Shown one piece after another: positions 1 through 13,120 of a stretch of DNA of 64,000 nucleotides. Within the stretch, counting starts at the first letter, position 1, and each line of letters starts with the position of its first letter. The notes below the pieces were generated by a model that had not been told where the DNA came from, did no database searches, and worked only from the letters and a program-made list of their open reading frames with translations. Origin of the DNA: Negaprion brevirostris (lineage: Eukaryota); NCBI GenBank assembly GCA_030324005.1, contig JARDVH010000001.1:122230341-122294340 (forward strand), given 5' to 3'. The position numbers and the translations under genes are program-made.

Positions 1-9
1 GTGGCTTCT

Positions 10-740
10 TTTCACTGGGAAACCTGATCAGTCCTTTTCAGCTACATTACAGAATGGTGCTTTGCCACAGACTGCAAAATATGTTTCTGTTCGTTCCTTC
101 TAATTTCTCCTAGCAGGACTTGAAAATTTTAGTTTTCCTCTTTATTTCCCATTTAATTTGCTTGCTGGTCCATTTAGGGTTGAGCTTTTTGTTCAAGCTT
201 ATTTAGGGATGTTTTATATCCTGCATATTCAAACATAAGCTTTGACAATGTCCCATTTTCTGCATAAGATACTAATGTTGAACAATGTTCTTCAGTCAGT
301 CAGTTTGCTTCAGTTCTTCCCTAATTTCATCCTTTTAAAACATCTGGCTCCTGATGTTTTCTGTTATCACATATCCTTCTTGTCTCTTCATATAGCAAAT
401 CATCATCCCACCTGTGTTGACTTTTTCATTTGTATAATCTCCTCAGTAAGTTACCTTGTTTTTTTAGTATTCATGATGTCTAACCAGAATAATTCATTTT
501 GTAGTTTTCCATCTCTCACAGGATCAACTATTTCTACCTCAAGGTTTTCCTGACATATAGCGTGCATCATTTTTTTTTGGGGCTATGTCTTCCCTAATAC
601 CGCATTTCCCTGACTGTTATTCTAATATCCATTCTCTGGATTAAACTATGTTTCTGATACTCCCACCACATTATATTTCCTGCCCCCAGTCCACCACATT
701 CATCTCAAGTCCCAACATCTTGACTCTAAAACTTCTAGCA
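10..740 (-). mobile_element. Decayed CR1-type LINE, endonuclease region
   Basis: Minus strand near 675-620 reads YNVVGVSET*FNPE, matching the APE endonuclease motif (D/N)VVxITETW of CR1 ORF2; stops present. Confidence 0.6.
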
Positions 741-744
741 TTTT

Positions 745-864
745 GGGCAGGATTTCAGTCCTACCCGCCACCATCTAGTTCCCACCGAAAGTCAATGGGC
801 TTTTGTCTGGGTGGCTGAATCCCCCGTGGCGGGTCCTACCATAGTATGACGAGAAATCCCGGCC
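745..864. mobile_element. Short MITE with imperfect terminal inverted repeats
   Basis: Starts gggcaggatttc, ends gaaatcccggcc; same TIR type recurs at 7362, 11128, 31210, 39980, 63712. Confidence 0.6.
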
Positions 865-1079
865 AAGTATACTCACATGTGTCCTAACATCCAATATATA
901 GACAAATTATAGATTCACCTCCTCTTGTGTTCCTCCACCTCTGTTACGAGCATCTCAAGCTGCTAAAATGATCACCTGGGATCCTGAGGTCATACAGGAT
1001 TGTAAGAACTTGTGCACAAACCTGGTCTACTGCAAGCAAAGCAAGTCAAATTCCTTTAGCATTTTTGCTGAAAGGGACT

Positions 1080-1342
1080 CATAAGAACATAAGAACATAA
1101 GAAATAGGAGCAGGAGTAGGCCATCCAGCCCTTCGAGCCTGCCCCGCCATTNNNNNNNNNNNNNNNNNNNNNNNNNNNNNNNNNNNNNNNNNNNNNNNNN
1201 NNNNNNNNNNNNNNNNNNNNNNNNNNNNNNNNNNNNNNNNNNNNNNNNNNNGAAACCATGCTGCGTCTGCTCTATCAAGCAATTCCCCTCAAGATGCCTC
1301 GCTATTTCCTCCTTGATGACAGATTCTAGCATTTTACCTGTA
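1080..1342 (-). mobile_element. CR1 LINE (3' tail plus RT fragment either side of a gap)
   Basis: (CATAAGAA)n tail at 1080-1103; ORF text KMLESVIKEEIARHLEGNCLIEQTQHGF is typical CR1 RT N-terminus. Confidence 0.85.
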
Positions 1343-1944
1343 CTATGATTTACCATCCCGCATGAGGTAATGAGTGCTATACATACTCAGTTTAAAATGT
1401 TTTTAATAAACTCAGTTCAGAGTTATCAGGTCATGTACCCAGAGTTTGGAAAAGTATTTTTACAAAATGCTGTCGCTGGCAGCACTATGCCAAATGGCTG
1501 TACTTTAAAAAAATACTTTAGCCATTACACTATGTTTGAACTGCCCAAAGTAAAACATTGACCTTTTAAAGCTGAAGAGGCAAAGTATTTACAAATGAAA
1601 AATGAGGGAAGTAGCTAGAAAGTACCAGGAGATTAGGAAATCAACAATCCGGAATGATGAATAAAAGAATAGCCAGCAATTAAATTATTCAGTTTTTAAA
1701 AAAAGTCACTCTTAGTAACTGAAATTTCTCATGGCCGAAATGAAGTTTGTAATTTTAAAATATTTAATGTTGCAATAGATCAGTGGAATTTATGTCATCC
1801 ATGATGTGTCTTGGAGCAGCTTTGTTGGAAAACTCTGACCAAAAATAAACAAGTTCACCAGTGGGGTTATTAGAGACAGAAATGATAGAGCATGCAAGGT
1901 GAGCAGTTAAACTGTGCATCTGTAGCAATCAGACAGAAACTTTG

Positions 1945-2300
1945 AGGGTGATTGTGCCCACGTTTTCCATGAGTGCAAATGGCGATGCTGGCGCAAAATC
2001 TTGCCAGAATTGGAAAACCAGATTCTGGCCGGTGAGATCAATTCTCCACACCCCTCGGCAGTGACATAACAAGAACTTCATTTCAATAAATTTACATATA
2101 ATTAAAAGGCTTCTTTTCCCCAGTCGCGAATATTCATACCTCACTGATGTGACATTATGTCAGTGAGATTTACAACAGGAGTTTAAAAAAGTGAAGCAAT
2201 TGAGAGGAAGTGACAGGGGATGCAAATGTAAGTTCAGCTTCTGGGGGAGAGGGAAATGCCTAGGCAGTGCCCTGGCACTTTCCCTGGCAGTTCCACCCAG
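1945..2300. mobile_element. Non-autonomous DNA transposon remnant (MITE-related)
   Basis: Shares internal motifs (atttacatat/attaaa, ggcagtgccc-tggcac) with the TIR-bounded elements at 38266, 44288, 52460. Confidence 0.45.
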
Positions 2301-3099
2301 ACTGAGAGATACAGAGAAGAAATGAGAACAATCACACCTTCTTCAAGAGTAATCTTTTCAATTCCAAACTATTATGTTTCTGCACGGAAAATCAAATTCT
2401 ATTTTGTATAATGAGATTTCAGTTTGTAGGTTTTCTGATAACAAACTGAACAATTAAATTGGAGCAGATTTTTGTTTAACTATGAGCTTCTGGGAGAATT
2501 TCCTTTAAGGAAGCCCTTCTGATACTGTGTGTGAGGAAGCAGCTGACCAGTTTCTCTTTCCTCAGCCCTTCCCGTGCCCTGCGCTCCCAAACATTACGTA
2601 TAAGTTCAGAGCACAGTTGCAAATATGTTCCTGGTCACTAACATGTGAGATATGTGGCTATTGCTGGAAAAGTCCTATACATTTCTGATCAAATGTTGTT
2701 CAAATGTCAAGTTCACTTGCTTGTAACTTCTAAAACCTGGACCCAAGACCCTCAGGCCATGGCACCAACATGCTTCAGGTATTTTCTGCTGCTGTGTTCA
2801 ACAGTTGAATCTGGAAGATTAAATTGGAAGGTTGGGAATGCTCTTCCCACCTTGTTTAAGTAAAGCACCTTCTAATAAGCATCAGTGTCAGTTATATCCA
2901 GGATAAATCACGATTCCTGATTCAATAGGTCACTGTCTCCACTTCTCTTTACACACCAGAGAAATACCAAATCCCCAAATGCAAAGTGAAAAAAACCCTA
3001 TTCATTTTGTACTTCACAAAATGTGTAAATGAGACAGGGACTGTGCTACTTTTTTCATGTGAAAATGATGCTAGTACGGGTGAGAAAGGCAGTCTTCTC

Positions 3100-3410
3100 A
3101 TAAATCTTTCTTCACCATTTGGTGAAGGAGAGCACATAATTCAAGAGAAATGTATTGGACTGGTGGTGATGCGCTACAGCTCCACACACTGATCCCCATG
3201 GAGGAGGCAGTCCCAGTGTTGGCAAGGGTGCCATCAGATTCAGCCATGGGCAATGGTGAGACAGAAGGTCTTCCACAGCAGCTCATTTCATAGTTCAATC
3301 TCCAGGTCAAGAGCATGGAAATCACTTCTGCCCAAATGCCATTTGTGCCTGCACTGGTTTATTTATCTCAGAATGGATGTAGAACCCACCTCTGGAAGAG
3401 GATATCTGTT
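3100..3410 (-). mobile_element. Possible highly decayed RTE-type LINE C-terminus
   Basis: Minus strand gives EVGSTSILR*INQCRHKWHLG then ...CCGRP, weakly like the RTE motif SIxxLLxQRRLRWLGH...GRP. Confidence 0.3.
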
Positions 3411-3464
3411 AGCTGCTTGATGATGTGATGAGCTGTTGACTGATGAGTTGTAGCTGATCTCTCA

Positions 3465-3575
3465 TAGGAGTCGAAACGTTGGCTCTATCCTCTCTCCACA
3501 GATGCTGTCAGACTTGCTGACATTTTCCAGCATTTTTCTGTTTTTGTTTCAGATTCCATATCCGCAGTATTTTGT
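3465..3575 (+). mobile_element. Penelope-like element 3' terminal fragment
   Basis: ctctccacagatgctgtcagacttgctga...ttttccagcatttttctgtttttgtttcagatt is the reverse complement counterpart of the terminus at 8540-8640. Confidence 0.7.
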
Positions 3576-3989
3576 GTTTATATATCTTTGGAGTGCACAA
3601 TGGTTGAGTATATTCAATACAGCGATGAATAGATTTTTGAATTCTTAGGGAGTTAAGAGCTATGAGAACAGTATGGGAACATGAAGGTTTGAGATCAGCC
3701 AGAATTGTATGAAGTCGTTCAACAGACTGACTCCTTTTTCTTGTGTTCATTTTACTTTCTGGGAAGCTATTAAAAAGTGAGGGACTGTCTGTGAGCATTA
3801 TTCATTGTAATTGATACCACCGAATAAAAATAGTGCTTTTTCCAAGCTTCTAAATATTAATATACATTATTATTTGAAAAGCCTGGTATTCAAAACGTAC
3901 ACACTTCTCACAATTACCTTGTAGCCCAAAGCTAATGGTGACTTAAGAAAAGGAGTTTCACTTCAAACTTCATCACCTGACCTCAGTTT

Positions 3990-4270
3990 GACAGTGCTGT
4001 TAGGGAGGGAGTTCCAGGATTCTGGCCCAGTGACAGTGAAGGAACAGTGGTTTATTTCCAAGTCAGGATGGTGAATGATTTGGTGGGAAACTTGGTGTTT
4101 CCAGGTATCTGCTGTCCTTGTCCTTCTAGATGGCAGGGGTCTCGGGTTCGGAAGGTGCTGTCGAAGAAGGCTTGGCGAGTTCCTGTCTTGGTACACACGA
4201 CTGCGTTGGTGGCGGTGGAAGTGAATGTTGAAGGTGGTGGATGGGGTGCCAATTAAGCAAGGCAGCTTTG
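3990..4270 (-). mobile_element. LINE ORF2 3' fragment (CR1/L2-group)
   Basis: ORF 3963-4196: SPSLLRQHLPNPRPLPSRRTR...SFTVTGPESWNSLPNS; WNSLP is the conserved C-terminal motif of CR1/L2-group LINEs. Confidence 0.7.
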
Positions 4271-4282
4271 ACTTGGATGCTT

Positions 4283-4563
4283 TTTTAAAATTCTTTCACG
4301 GGATGTGGCTGTCGCTGGCTGGGCCAGTAACTGTTATCCATCCCTGGATGTCCTTGAATGGAGTGGCTTATTGGGCCATTTCAGGGGGCAGTTAAGAGTC
4401 AACCACATTGCTGAGGCTGTGGAGTCACATGTAGGCCAGACTGGGTAAGGACAGCAGATTTCCTTCCCTAATGGACATTAGTGAACCAGATGGGTTTTTA
4501 CGACAATCGACAATGGTTTCATGGTCACCAGTAGATTTTTTTATTCCAGATTTGTATTGAATT
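4283..4563 (-). mobile_element. tRNA-head SINE (family with gggaaggaaatctg...ttgactcttaactgcc body), partial
   Basis: Clear similarity to copies at 35568, 37515, 57620. Confidence 0.8.
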
Positions 4564-4829
4564 CACCAGCTGCTGCATGCCACCCCTCTTTTTGAGTGTT
4601 GTTGGAGCTNNNNNNNNNNNNNNNNNNNNNNNNNNNNNNNNNNNNNNNNNNNNNNNNNNNNNNNNNNNNNNNNNNNNNNNNNNNNNNNNNNNNNNNNNNN
4701 NNNNNNNNNTTTTACTTTCTGGGAAGCTATTAAAAAGTGAGGGACTGCCTGTGAGCATTATTCAGTGTAATTGATTACATAACTATTGCTGGAGATTGGC
4801 AAACACCTTGAGCTGACACTGAAACCAAA

Positions 4830-5610
4830 TTAAGGATGTGACTGTATTGGAGAGAATCCAGCAGAGGTTTACAAACATGGTCCCAGGGAAGGGAAACATC
4901 AATTATGAGGATAGATTGGAGTTGCCTCGGAGAGAAGGCAGCTAAGAGGAAATTAGATAGAGATGTTCAAAACCATGAGACAGCTGGACAGAGTAGATTG
5001 GGAGAAACTGACCTCACTCATAAATGGATCAAGATCAAGAAAGCACAGATTTATGCTGATTTGCAAAAGAAGCAAATGTGATATGAGAAGAAAACTTTTT
5101 CACACATAGAATCCCTACAGTAGAGGAGGAGGCAATTCGGCCCATCGAGCAAACATCGACAACAATGCTACCCAGGCCCTATCCGTGTGACCCCACATAT
5201 TTACCCTCCTAATCACCCTGACACTAAGGGGCAATTTAGCATGGCCAATTCACAAACCAGGCATATTTTTCGAGAGTGGAAAGAATCCAGGACACCCAGA
5301 AGAAACCCATGCAGACATGGAGAGAACTGCACAGTCACCCGAGGCTGGAATTGAGTCTGGGTCCTTGGCACTGTAAGGCAGCAGTGCCACTATGCCAGCA
5401 TGCCATCCAACTAGGTCTGGACTATACCTCCTGGAAGTGTGGTGGAGGCAGATTCAATCAAGGCATTCAAGAGAGCATTAGATGATTATTTGAATAGAAA
5501 CAATCTGCAGGGTACGGAGAAAAGACAGGAAAATGGCACTAAGTCATATTGTTTATTTGGCGAGGCAGCGTAGACGTGATGGGCCAAACGGCCTTGTTCT
5601 CTGCTGTAAC
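4830..5610 (+). mobile_element. CR1 LINE 3' fragment interrupted by a V-SINE
   Basis: LERIQQRFTNMVPG...YEDRL-type text and CR1 3' UTR ending gatgggccaaacggcc. Confidence 0.8.
5105..5405 (-). mobile_element. HE1-like V-SINE
   Basis: catagaatccctacag tail, ggggcaatttagcatggccaat V-domain, tRNA-like head. Confidence 0.85.
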
Positions 5611-5759
5611 AAATCGCTGAAATGCACTCTACAGATAGGTCACTGGATCATAATTTTTTTTTCAGTTCTTGCCTTTTTTTCTATTTCTTGCTGGGATACA
5701 ATACTGTGGACTCAAGATACTCCAAGTAGCTCTTGTATACTTTAACACTGCACAGTAAC

Positions 5760-6050
5760 CGACTCAACACAGGGGACATCACAGGCAGCCCTGCTCCAGT
5801 TCATCAGAAATTTGTTTCATTTAATTTTCCAGCAAAACTCAGTGGATATCAATAAGAAACAGAAGTTCTTGCCAATCTTTTTTTCCTCCCTGACCAGGTG
5901 TCCAAAGACCAAAGGTACTAACCACTAAAGCCCAAGGAGGCTGCAATTAGTTAACTCAGTAGACAGCAAAGGTCAAATTTAACTCCTTTCTAACGTGAAT
6001 GACTCAACTGTTTCCTCGATAAGCTTGCCTGCTGATACTTACCCATGAGT
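5760..6050 (-). mobile_element. Old tRNA-head SINE, MER131-like
   Basis: Diverged motifs ttttccagca, tttttcctccctgaccagg, ttagttaactcag shared with 7840, 22140, 59090; family name from recollection of consensus. Confidence 0.45.
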
Positions 6051-6382
6051 CAATTATTGAGACATAATAAACTGCATATATTTTTAGCATCTTGTTACAC
6101 CTTAAATGTGAATGTCACATGCACTGACTGGTAATGCACACATCAACTGTTTAGAGTTGAATCCAGAAAAGTGCAGTGCATCTAATGACTTGCTGATTTA
6201 AGAAAATAATTAGAATATTACATACACATAACTGAGTTAAGAATATTACTACAATTCCTAATGCTGCCATCAATATTAATCATGGTGTGATGTTTTGAAA
6301 TGGAAATGGATACAAATGGTACATCCATTAGAAAAATAAAATGACGATGGAAGAGAGATGATGGTCCATATAATCAAAAAAT

Positions 6383-6658
6383 CATAGTATCAGGAATAGT
6401 ACAAAAGCAGGCTATTTGGCCCATCGAGCCAGCACCAACAACAATCCTACATATTTACCCTCTGACATTAAGGGGCAATTTAGCATGGCCAATCAACCTA
6501 ACCTGCACACCTTTGGACTGTGGGAGGAAATTGATGCACCAGGAGGAAACCCATGCAGACACTGGGAAAATGTGCAAACTCCACACAGACAGTGACCCAA
6601 GGCTGGAATTGAACCCGGGTCCGCTATGAAGGTGCAGTGCTAACCACTGTTTCACCCC
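6383..6658 (-). mobile_element. HE1-like V-SINE
   Basis: gcaaactccacacagacagtgacccaaggctggaattgaacccgggt...gtgctaaccactgt (B box and A box on minus strand) plus V-domain. Confidence 0.9.
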
Positions 6659-7361
6659 AGAACAATGTTCCATGTTAGAAAACAAATAACATATGGTTTT
6701 AATTTAATGACAATTTAATATTTTCTAATGCACAGAGCTGAATTGAGGGACAGATGTACACTGGTGCATTCTTCGTCTTTGTACTGGACACGGGACTCAG
6801 GAATGGGAAGAATTCCCATTCATTGTTAATGAATTGATAACATGAGGCCATTAACTCAGGTGTATCACAAAGGGAATCTGGAAGAAATATTTCACACAGA
6901 GGTTGAGAGAGTCTGGAATACTTCACCACAGTGGCTACAAAATTATGTGAAAATGAAGAAAATAAATATAGACAGTGAAAGAACAAGAACATTTGTTTAG
7001 AGCAGATATTGAGTTGTTGGCACAGGCCAGATTGGCTGAACAGCTTCAGTCACAATTTAGGATCTTACACTCATGTCACATGGAAACTTAACATTATACA
7101 CACCAAAAATACTAAAGTCAGCTGTCACACAGTTTAAGTGTAAGACATCAGGGCTGGTAAATTAGTTCTTGAATGGGACATATGGATCAGCATAACGGAG
7201 ACAATAAAAGAGAGTTTAACATTTGTGGTAATTCACATTCATTACTGATTCAATAACTATAAATATGAACTCCTCACAAGTTACTGATATGTTAAACTGG
7301 TGAATTCTACTCTTTGGGGAGGTGTCAGGTGGTCTGAAAGCTGACAGTGGAACAACACACA

Positions 7362-7483
7362 GGCCTGAATTCTCTGACCGATTGCGCCCCACAGCCACTG
7401 CCAGCGAGAACGGAGAACTTGGCGCTCAGCCAAATCTCAGTTCATTGCGATGAGACTGGAGGCAAGGTCAGAGAATCCGGCCC
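7362..7483. mobile_element. MITE
   Basis: ggcctgaattctctgacc ... ggtcagagaatccggccc inverted termini. Confidence 0.75.
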
Positions 7484-7839
7484 AAGGAACTATAAAAGCT
7501 TAAGAACAGCGAGGCAGAAAAATGCATTGAGGAGGACAGAAGATATGAAAACAAAGTTCAGAAATTAGCTTTAAGTGAGGAAAGACTGATGCCAGATATC
7601 TTGGCATTTTCATATCATTACATTTTGGCAAATTACTTTTCTGGACTTAGGTGAAACTAATGATAACTGGTGTTCTACCTCTTCACTTTATAGTGAATTA
7701 ATAACCCAAATCAATCCTTATATCACTAATGGTAAGGTAGCCAAATATTAAGAAGGTTGAAGAAATGCATTTACGTAAGACATTATGTAAGACCACCAGA
7801 GGCTCTTGCTGTTAAATTTGCTCATCCAATTTAAGAACT

Positions 7840-8135
7840 TGCTCAATTAGTCAAATCAAAGAGTTCATAAACCATATAGAGTAGGAAGATCCCAGATTCA
7901 AGCCCAATTTGTGCTGAAATAGCTAATCTCAACCTGGCTGGTGGATAAGGGGCTGGATATTTGGCTTCAATACTTCTTGGAAGTAAAGCATGCATGTTTT
8001 GTATTAGTGGTTTCTATCTAGTAACCCCTGTTGGAATATGCATCCAATTTGGGTCAAGTAGTCTGTCAGAAGTCACCAAAGACCGTCACGTGAAGAATGC
8101 TTGTTTGCAATGAGGGACAGGGAATTGCCCAAGGA
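7840..8135 (+). mobile_element. Old tRNA-head SINE, MER131-like
   Basis: aggaagatcccagattcaa...tgtgctgaaatagctaatctcaacc...acccctgttggaa...cacgtgaagaatg. Confidence 0.5.
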
Positions 8136-8539
8136 ATTGAAGCCAAGCAATATTAATGCTTTCAGTTTTTGAGACAAAATTAGCAGGGGAATTAAAAAAA
8201 GTAACCATGCTGTCTATGCTTTAAGCAAAAACCTTTAGCACAAGTTGGTTAAAAAACAACACAATTATTGTATTTTATTCTTATCAGATAGGTTGTTCAA
8301 CAAAGAATTTTATTTCAAGTCTATGGATCTCCTGTAGGGTCAATGAAGGAATGATCTTAAGAACGTCCAACACAAATGCTATTGTGTCAATATGCAACAA
8401 GGAACGAAATGAAATCTGTTGCCAGGCTAAGACCATTACAATCTTCACCAAGATGGAAATTAAGGAAAAAGAGAAGAGTATCAAGGATAAAATGTAAAAC
8501 AAATTGCCAAAGCAGTGAATAGAACAAGGTCGTAAGTTT

Positions 8540-11000
8540 AAAAGCAAACACTGAATGCTGGAAATCTAAAATACAAATAGAAAGTGCTGGAAAAAGTCAG
8601 CTGGTCTTGCAGTTTCTGTGGAGAAAGAAACAAATGTACTCTTCAGAACTGAAGAGGGGTAGAAATGTGATGAGGTTATGCTGTTGATAAAGGGGGGAGG
8701 ATCAGGTGGAGCCAAAAGGTCAGGGATAGGTTAGAGGGTGAAAGAGATTATTTGTCATGCAACTAGAGGCAAATAGAATAGAAGTTGTTACAGTAAAGAC
8801 ACAAAACATTGGTCCAGATGAAGTGTTAATGGCCAAATAAAGGACAGCTCTGTCTGAAAACAAAGCATGAAAACAAGATACAGACCGGAACTTGGAGTAA
8901 AAAAAGAATCAAAATGGGAGACAGATTTCACAGTCTGTAGATGGTGAATTCAATGTTGAGTCAAGAAGGCTATAAAATGGAAGATGAGGTGTTCCTTCTT
9001 AAGTTTGAATTGGGCTTTACTGGAACAGCAGGCCAAGGACAGAAATGTGAGCATAAGAGCAAAGGGTGAATTAAAATGGCAATCAACTGGAAAGTTGGAG
9101 TCATGGTTGTGGGCTGAGTGGAGGTATTCTGCAAAGCATTCACCCAGTCTGCATTTGGTCTCCTCACAGTGCAGAAGGCCATATTCGGTATACTTACTTT
9201 GAAAGAAGTTCCAGTAAAGAAATGCATCATCTGGAAGGAGTGTTTGGGACCCTGGCCAGTGAGAAAGGAGGTTGAAGGGGAAGGGCTTCCTCTCCTGCAA
9301 TTGCATAGGCAGGTGCTGTGGGAAACGGACAAAGTTTGGGGGTGATGGAGGAGAGGATGTCACGGAAGGAAAGATCCCTGTGGAATGCTGACCTGGGATG
9401 GGAAGATGTGTTTAGTGGTGGCATCATGTTGGAGCTGTCTGAAATGGCAGAGGATGGTCCTTTGAATGTGGAGGCTGGTGGGTGCAAAGTGAGGACAAGG
9501 GCAACCCCATCACGGTTCTGGGAGGGAGGGGAAGAGGTGAGGGCAGAGTGCGGGAAATGGGTCAGGCACAGTTAAAAGCCCTGTTAATAACAACATGGGG
9601 CAATATTCCTCAATTGAGGGTGAAGGAAGACATGTTGAATGCGCCACTGTGGAAGATGGTATCACTGGAACAGATGCAACGGCAACACAGAAACTATGAG
9701 AATGGAATGGAGACCTTACAGAAACAAAGTATGAGGAAGTGTAGCTGAGATAGCTATGGGTAGGCTTATAATGAATATTAGTAGACAGATTATCCCTAGA
9801 AATGGAGACAGAGAGCTCAAGGAAGGGAAGTGTCAAATAAGGGTAGAAATTGGAAGCAAAATCAATTCACTTTGCCAGTTCCAGGTAAGAGCACAAGTGA
9901 TGTACAGAAAAAAGGTAGAGGAGGCCAGAATAGAATTGAAACAAGAATTGTTCCAAATTTTCATGAAAAGATATGCATAACCATGGCCCATGGGATACCC
10001 ATAGCATATCCTTTTACTTGAAGGAACTGAGACTCTTTAAAGGGAAAATTGTTTAATGAGAGAACAAGTTCAGCCAGGCAGAGAAAAAAGATGGGGATTC
10101 TTCCAATCAAGGAAGAAGCAAAGAGCCCTCTGACACTCACTGTGAAGGGAAGTTTGGTCCAGGAAATTAGAAACTGTTGGAAAGACATAGGGCATCAGAA
10201 GAATCATGAATGTAGGTGGGAAGGGATTGGACAAGAGGGAAAACAGAGAGTAAAGATAGGAACAAATATGTTCAGTGTGGCAGGAACAGGCTGAAACATT
10301 GACTCTACCAAGATAGTCCTGGTTATGGATTTTGGTAAGGGAAAATAAATGGACTGTATGGGATTCAGGAATTATGATGCAGAGGGAAGATCTTCAGAGA
10401 AGCGATCAGTGACAGTCCTGAAAACAATGGCTTGATGTTCAATGGTGCAGTCTCCACGGGAGGAAGGAAGAAACGTCTGCGAGTTGGCACTCTGCCTCTG
10501 CAACACATAGGTCAGTACGCCAAACAACAAAAGCACAGAGACAAAGGCAATGCAGCTAGAGACCAACATCATGCCAAGCCCAAAATTCGTTGAGGTGGGA
10601 ACATAAGGGGATAAAATGGAAACCTTTCCTAAGTAAGATCATTCAGCATCAGAGAGGGTATGTTCGGAGAGTATAGGGAATGCACAGCTAGAAGTGGGAT
10701 TAAAAGGGATGGGGTCAGAGTTACCCATAAATTGCTGTTTGCATTCCTTAACACCGGAAAGGAAGAAAGGCTTTGGATGAGACAAAGAAGGAAATTAAGC
10801 TGGGGACCAGAACAGCTTTGAGATAAGGAAGGTCAGTATTGCTACAATCCATGTACACACGACTCCACTTGGCCCCGAATCTAGATGTCGGGATGTGTTG
10901 AAAACAGCAGTCCAAGGAACAGTGATGTCCTTGCATAAGTCTGATTTGGACAAAGTCATTTCACCAAACCTTTGCTCATCCATCCATAATCACGACAAGC
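8540..11000 (-). mobile_element. Near full-length decayed Penelope-like retroelement (RT plus GIY-YIG endonuclease)
   Basis: Minus-strand frames: FLQVKGYAMG (RT), LPFLELSVSISRDNLSTNIHYKPT, ETKCRLGECFAEYL...PVDCHFNSP (GIY-YIG C-part), N-terminal LSQSCSGPQL...LSGVKE near 10750-10830; many frameshifts. Confidence 0.9.
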
Positions 11001-11127
11001 TCACATTGTTCCCAAAGACTTACCTGACTATCTTTTGAATTAACTTAAGCTCTGTAATTCTGCTGCCTCATCCACCACAGAATCAGAGCAGGCAAGGGGC
11101 AGACAACAGAAATGTCTGCTGACTTCA

Positions 11128-11175
11128 GGCGGAAATTTTCAGTCTCGCTTGAGCGAGGCCGTAATATCCTGCCCC
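11128..11175. mobile_element. Minimal hairpin MITE
   Basis: ggcggaaattttcagtctcgctt/gagcgaggccgtaatatcctgccc near-palindrome with the family TIR. Confidence 0.55.
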
Positions 11176-12109
11176 ACCTTTCCTCCACTAGTAGGAAACC
11201 ATTAGAAGTGTCAATTATGCTCTGTGAATAGTTTCCAATCAACCTAGTCCTAAAGAAAAATTTCAGTTTTAACAGATTTTAACACCTTGACTATTTAACT
11301 TTATCTGCCATGAAACTTAAATATGTGCCTTTTAAACTCAAAGGAATCTGGCATTCAAATGTAGATGCAAAGAAAACCCACTTGATGCTCAAAAGAAAAT
11401 CAAATGGCTTGGTCCCTCCCTCAGTGTCTATGTTCCAGTGTCTATGTTCAATGGCAATTATAAATTTGGGTGTGGTGGGTTTATAAAGATGAACAATTAA
11501 CTATCTTTGAACAATGGCAATTTTAATGGTTTTACTTACTTTAGTACACTTTTTCTCAAAAGAGATGATGTTTCTACAGTATGTCTTTAATTTCCATCAC
11601 AGTGGCATAAACATTTTCTTTGCATGAACCTAGCTTTTAACACGCTATGTGTTATGATTGGGAAAGAAAAGCCAGTACTTAAGCTATTGGACAAAAATGT
11701 TACATTGCATGTTATGGCTAACCAGGGTTAGCTGGACTGAAAGCAACTCTTCTTTAACTGTTGTGGCTTCTTCCAAATCTTGGCAGAACATTAGCTAATA
11801 ATTCTGTGTCTCCGCAGCCCATTCCACAATGCCCCTATTTTTCTGTAGCCCACTCTCTGATGTCAATACTTAATACCATATTTAAAAATTATAGCCATCA
11901 AAGCTTGAATAAATGTACAAAACACTCAGTTTTTAAGAAGAAACCCCAGAAATGCAAATAATATTAGTAAAATCAGCACTCAGCAAGGGATTAGCAATCC
12001 ATTACTCATCCCTATAAAGCTATCCCATCTGCATTTATCATTTGGGTGTGAAGGCTGAACAGCTTTTTTTTGTGTATTTTAGGACCTAACATTATACAAT
12101 TTACTACCA

Positions 12110-12780
12110 ATACCACTTCATTGATTTTCTGACCATTTCTTTTAACTCCCTTGGAATCACTGGTGTTTTCAGCCTCAATTGGTTCCCGGCAATCCATTCC
12201 AAACACCCACCATCCTCTGTGAGGCAGTCAAATCTGTCCAATCTACTTCCTTTAGCTGAGCTTCATCCCATGGCCCCTTATTGTCATTCTCCAGGTCAGA
12301 GTAAACAGTTCCTCGGGGATCAATTTGTTAAAACCCTTAAGGATCTTGGATATTTCGATACGATCTCCTCTCAGTCTTCCGTAGTGTAAGCAAACAGCTG
12401 CCATAACTTTTCTTGCAACTGAGCTGTCAAATTCTACGTGGGTGGCCTTTCCTGCACCTTTTGATGTCTTGAGATGTCCTTCCGGTAATATTGTGAACAC
12501 AGTACCCAGATGGGGAGGGAAATCACAGCTCCCATGATTTGTGTTCTATTCATGAGGAATACAACCCAAGAACTATTTGCCTTATTTATGACTGCCACAC
12601 ACAGTGCAAATGTCTTCACAATATATCCAACAATACACTCCAATCTTCTCTGCTAGATGCTGCACATTGGAATTGTTTATTTAACTTTTTTCTTCCAGTA
12701 CCATCACTTTCCATTTGTCAACATTCCACTTACCAACATTGAATTCCATTTACCATTTCTCAGACCCAATTTGCCAATCT
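12110..12780 (-). mobile_element. CR1 LINE 3' fragment
   Basis: RLRGDRIEISKILKGFNKLIPEELFTL...RGHGMKL in ORF 12252-12500. Confidence 0.8.
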
Positions 12781-12789
12781 AGCTGGGAT

Positions 12790-13120
12790 TGTTCTCCTTA
12801 AAATAAGGAATTTAAGGGGAGAGTTTCAAAATGTGATGGAATGAAGAAAAAGGAAATGAATTCATCATTTGTCAGTAACAAATGGACACAGATTTAAGAG
12901 AATAAAATGACCAGTGGAAAGATGAGATGAATGTGTTTACACAGATCACAGTTTGGTGATCTGAACCTCTGTCTATAAAATACTGGAAGCAAATTTAAAA
13001 GAAAACTGAAGATATAAATGAGAAGTAAACATTTGCAGGGCTACAGGATATGTGCAGGGGAATTGAACTAACTGGATAGCTTATTCAAAGAACTGTAGAA
13101 GCAACAGGGCTGAATGGCTC
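12790..13120 (+). mobile_element. CR1 LINE 3' end remnant
   Basis: ggacacagatttaag...ttgcagggctacagg...actggatagc...gggctgaatggc CR1 3' UTR pattern. Confidence 0.6.

Noticed and set aside
3438-3480. CTGATGA...GAAAC hammerhead-like spacing at the Penelope fragment edge
   Set aside because: Intervening sequence gives no convincing stem II; the CTGATGA appears to come from flanking tgatga-rich sequence
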